Assembly (NCBI GenBank): GCA_030141605.1
Contig: JAQGDQ010000242.1
Span: forward strand, 1 to 64,000
Reading direction: 5' to 3'
Origin: Tubiluchus corallicola
Taxonomy: Eukaryota > Animalia > Priapulida
Length of the DNA: 64,000 nt
A program made the position numbers and the translations under genes. Below are positions 61,610 to 64,000 of this stretch, one piece after another; position 1 is the first letter of the stretch; each line of letters opens with the position of its first letter. The notes under the pieces were generated by a model. It was not told where the DNA came from. It made no database searches and saw only the letters and a list, made by a program, of their open reading frames with translations.

Positions 61610-63494
61610 ATGGAAAATGATGAAATTGGAAATTATATTACTTTGTTGGCTGTTTCTGTTTTATTTTTAATTTTTTGTTTTTGTGTTTTAATTCTCGTAA
61701 TGGCATTGACTGGAAATTCACTTGGAATTCGACGAACTTACATGAAGGTTAGGTATCATTAAAATTTTGGTTGTTACAAGTAGCAGTTTTCTGCAATTTA
61801 ATGGCTCATGTCAGTATTCTAAGAGGTATTGTAAACTAAATGTATTCCAAGAGGTATTGTAAATGCATATCTTCCATTTTAGAGATTTTGGAAGCCGCAA
61901 AATCAAATAAAAGTTGAGACTGTTAAATTATGGTTTTAAATGTGCTGTGTCAAACTTTTTTTCAATACTCACCAATAGAATTTAATTTTACTTTGGCTGG
62001 CTGCGTGCGTGTTAATTAGGTGTTAGGCTAATTGTTGCTATAAGTAGCTCTGATTGATAGTGTGCTATGAGGTGGAGCAGTGTATGACAAGTTGGACCAG
62101 TAGCTCAAAAGATATAGCATATGTCGGGTAAGCAGCAGGTTCTAGGTTCGAATCCTGGTTGGTTCACCATTTTCAGTGCCTTTTTCAGTTAATTAACTGT
62201 CAGCTTTCAATTAATTAATTTCAATCAAAATTTATTGATTTTTCAGATATTACTAAAGATTTTTGAATATGGACGAAATAAAATACGTAAAGCTGAAAAA
62301 GCCAAAAGGAAAGAACGTATTTGTTCGGTCAGTTATGGACAGGATAGTGATGACGACACTTTAGACGTCATTCTCAGGGAATCTAAATTGTCTATAGAAG
62401 GAACAAACATTCCTAAGAGTAGGTCATTCGAAACACTGCGTGATGAATTTAACCTTTTGGACCCTGCAGAGTTTTGCAAGTTAGGAGTGGAGGCCATCAT
62501 AGATGACGAAGTTACAAAGTGCTTTGATACTGAAGAACTTAGATCGTGGAATCTTCTTACTAGGACTAATGCAAATTATCAATATATAAGTCTAAGATTG
62601 AGCATGATATGGATAATAGGCTTCTTTTTCAGATATTTTTTCTTGTTGCCATTGCGTCTAATGCTAGCAGTGATTGGTACTTGTTGGATGCTTATAGCTA
62701 CAGCCTTTATTGGACTGTTTCAAGAAGGACCCCGCAAAAGATGGCTGAATGAGAAAGCTAGCCTTACCGCATATAGGATATTGTCTCGTTCTTTTTCAGC
62801 TACAATAACTTATCATGATGAGCAATACAAAGCTTTACCTGGCGGAATATGCGTTGCAAACCACACTTCCCCTTTCGACGTTGTGATTCTCTCTTGCAAT
62901 AACAGCTATGCTATGGTTGGCCAGAATCATAATGGATTTTTCGGGCTCTTTCAAAAAGCGATGTCAAGGGCATCAAATTCCCACATTTGGTTTGATCGTT
63001 CAAAAGCCAAAGACCGAAATTATGTGCTCGAACGATTAAAAGAAAACATCGGAGATCCAACTAAAATGCCAATCCTGATATTTCCGGAAGGAACTTGCAT
63101 AAATAACACATCAGTTATGATGTTTAAAAAAGGCAGCTTTGAAGCAGCAACTACAGTCTTTCCAGCAGCGATAAAATACGATCCAAGATTTGGTGATCCA
63201 TTTTGGAACAGTAGTAAGCAAGGTATGATAGAATATATAATAATGATGATGACAAGTTGGGCCATTGTGTGTGATGTCTGGTTTTTGCCACCTATGCATA
63301 GAGAAGAGCAAGAAAGTGCGGCAGATTTTGCCAATAGAGTTAAAGGTGCAATTGCAAGAAAAGGCGGTTTAGTTGACTTGGTCTGGGACGGACAGTTAAA
63401 AAGAATAAAAGTGAAAGATTCTTGGAAAGCAGATCAGCAGTTGTTATATAGCCAGAGACTTAAGACTGACAGCCACAGAATTAAAACCGACTGA
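61610..63494 (+). CDS. GPAT4: Glycerol-3-phosphate acyltransferase of the GPAT3/GPAT4 (AGPAT6/9) family, ~461 aa, 2 coding exons
   Basis: Exons 61610-61747 and 62247-63494. GNSLGIRRTYMK|ILLKIF, EELRSWNLLTRT, and acyltransferase motifs NHTSPFD, WFDRS, IFPEGTC, FPAAIKY. Likely a co-ortholog of vertebrate GPAT3 and GPAT4. Confidence 0.95.
62094..62169 (+). pseudogene. tRNA-derived pseudogene or SINE head in the GPAT intron
   Basis: Acceptor stem GGACCAG/TTGGTTC, A-box TAGCTCAA, T-arm CTAGG-TTCGAAT-CCTGG, broken anticodon stem (loop CGGGTAA), templated ACCA end, then TTTT. Confidence 0.72.
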
Positions 63495-64000
63495 CTCACA
63501 ATTAGATTTCTCCAGCACATGAGATTTTTTAATTTTAATTTGCATTGTAATTGAAAATGCAAGTTAAAATCCGTATGGTTATTATGTGTATGATTACAAT
63601 AACTATAATTACGTGTGGTTGTTATATGTCAACATGCAAGCATATTGCTTACAGTATTAATGTATAGAAGTTGCCAAGAAGTGTTTTTGCCATTTTATAA
63701 TGATATCAATTAGCAAAAACCAAAGTAGCTTGTGTGCTGTTTTTGATACGCAATGTACCATGAGGAATGTTAGGAAGAACTCTCGATAAATAGTCTGATA
63801 TCAGCTCTACTTTCTAGAAATGGAAGTATTAACCTGACTCAAACTAGCATAATAGATATTAGGCCTTGTAGTTGTATAGGCCTACTTTGTTTTCTTGTCG
63901 ATAGTAACTAGACACCATATTTGTCAATAGCTTTCACGTTTTTATCAATTATTGGTAGATACAGCAATAGAAACTTTAAGCTGCCCATGTAGTTAAATTG

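Overview
AT-rich, intron-containing animal genomic DNA, probably from a non-insect protostome, possibly a lophotrochozoan (inference from the Mtl/MIG-2 gene, an intact HAAO and the 5S head sequence). I could assemble seven spliced protein-coding genes by hand with canonical GT-AG boundaries and consistent phases: an NFIL3/vrille-like bZIP (+), HAAO (+, 10 exons), ERH (-, 4 exons, absent from the ORF track), SLC39A9/ZIP9 (+, 7 exons), an Mtl/MIG-2-type Rho GTPase (+, 5 exons), INTS12 (-, 8 exons) and GPAT3/4 (+, only 2 exons). The non-coding space holds many transposon-derived sequences: CR1/L2-type LINE fragments sharing a covarying 3' stem-loop, hAT, Tc/mariner and Harbinger MITEs, two copies of a TGT...ACA element, a young 5S rRNA-headed SINE with an RTE tail, tandem arrays and a foldback. 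The most notable observations are the ERH/SLC39A9 head-to-head pair also seen in human, the 5S-RTE SINE nested in the TGT...ACA element, and the intron-poor GPAT gene. I found no CRISPR or prokaryote-type system. Gene and family names come from recalled motifs, not database searches.
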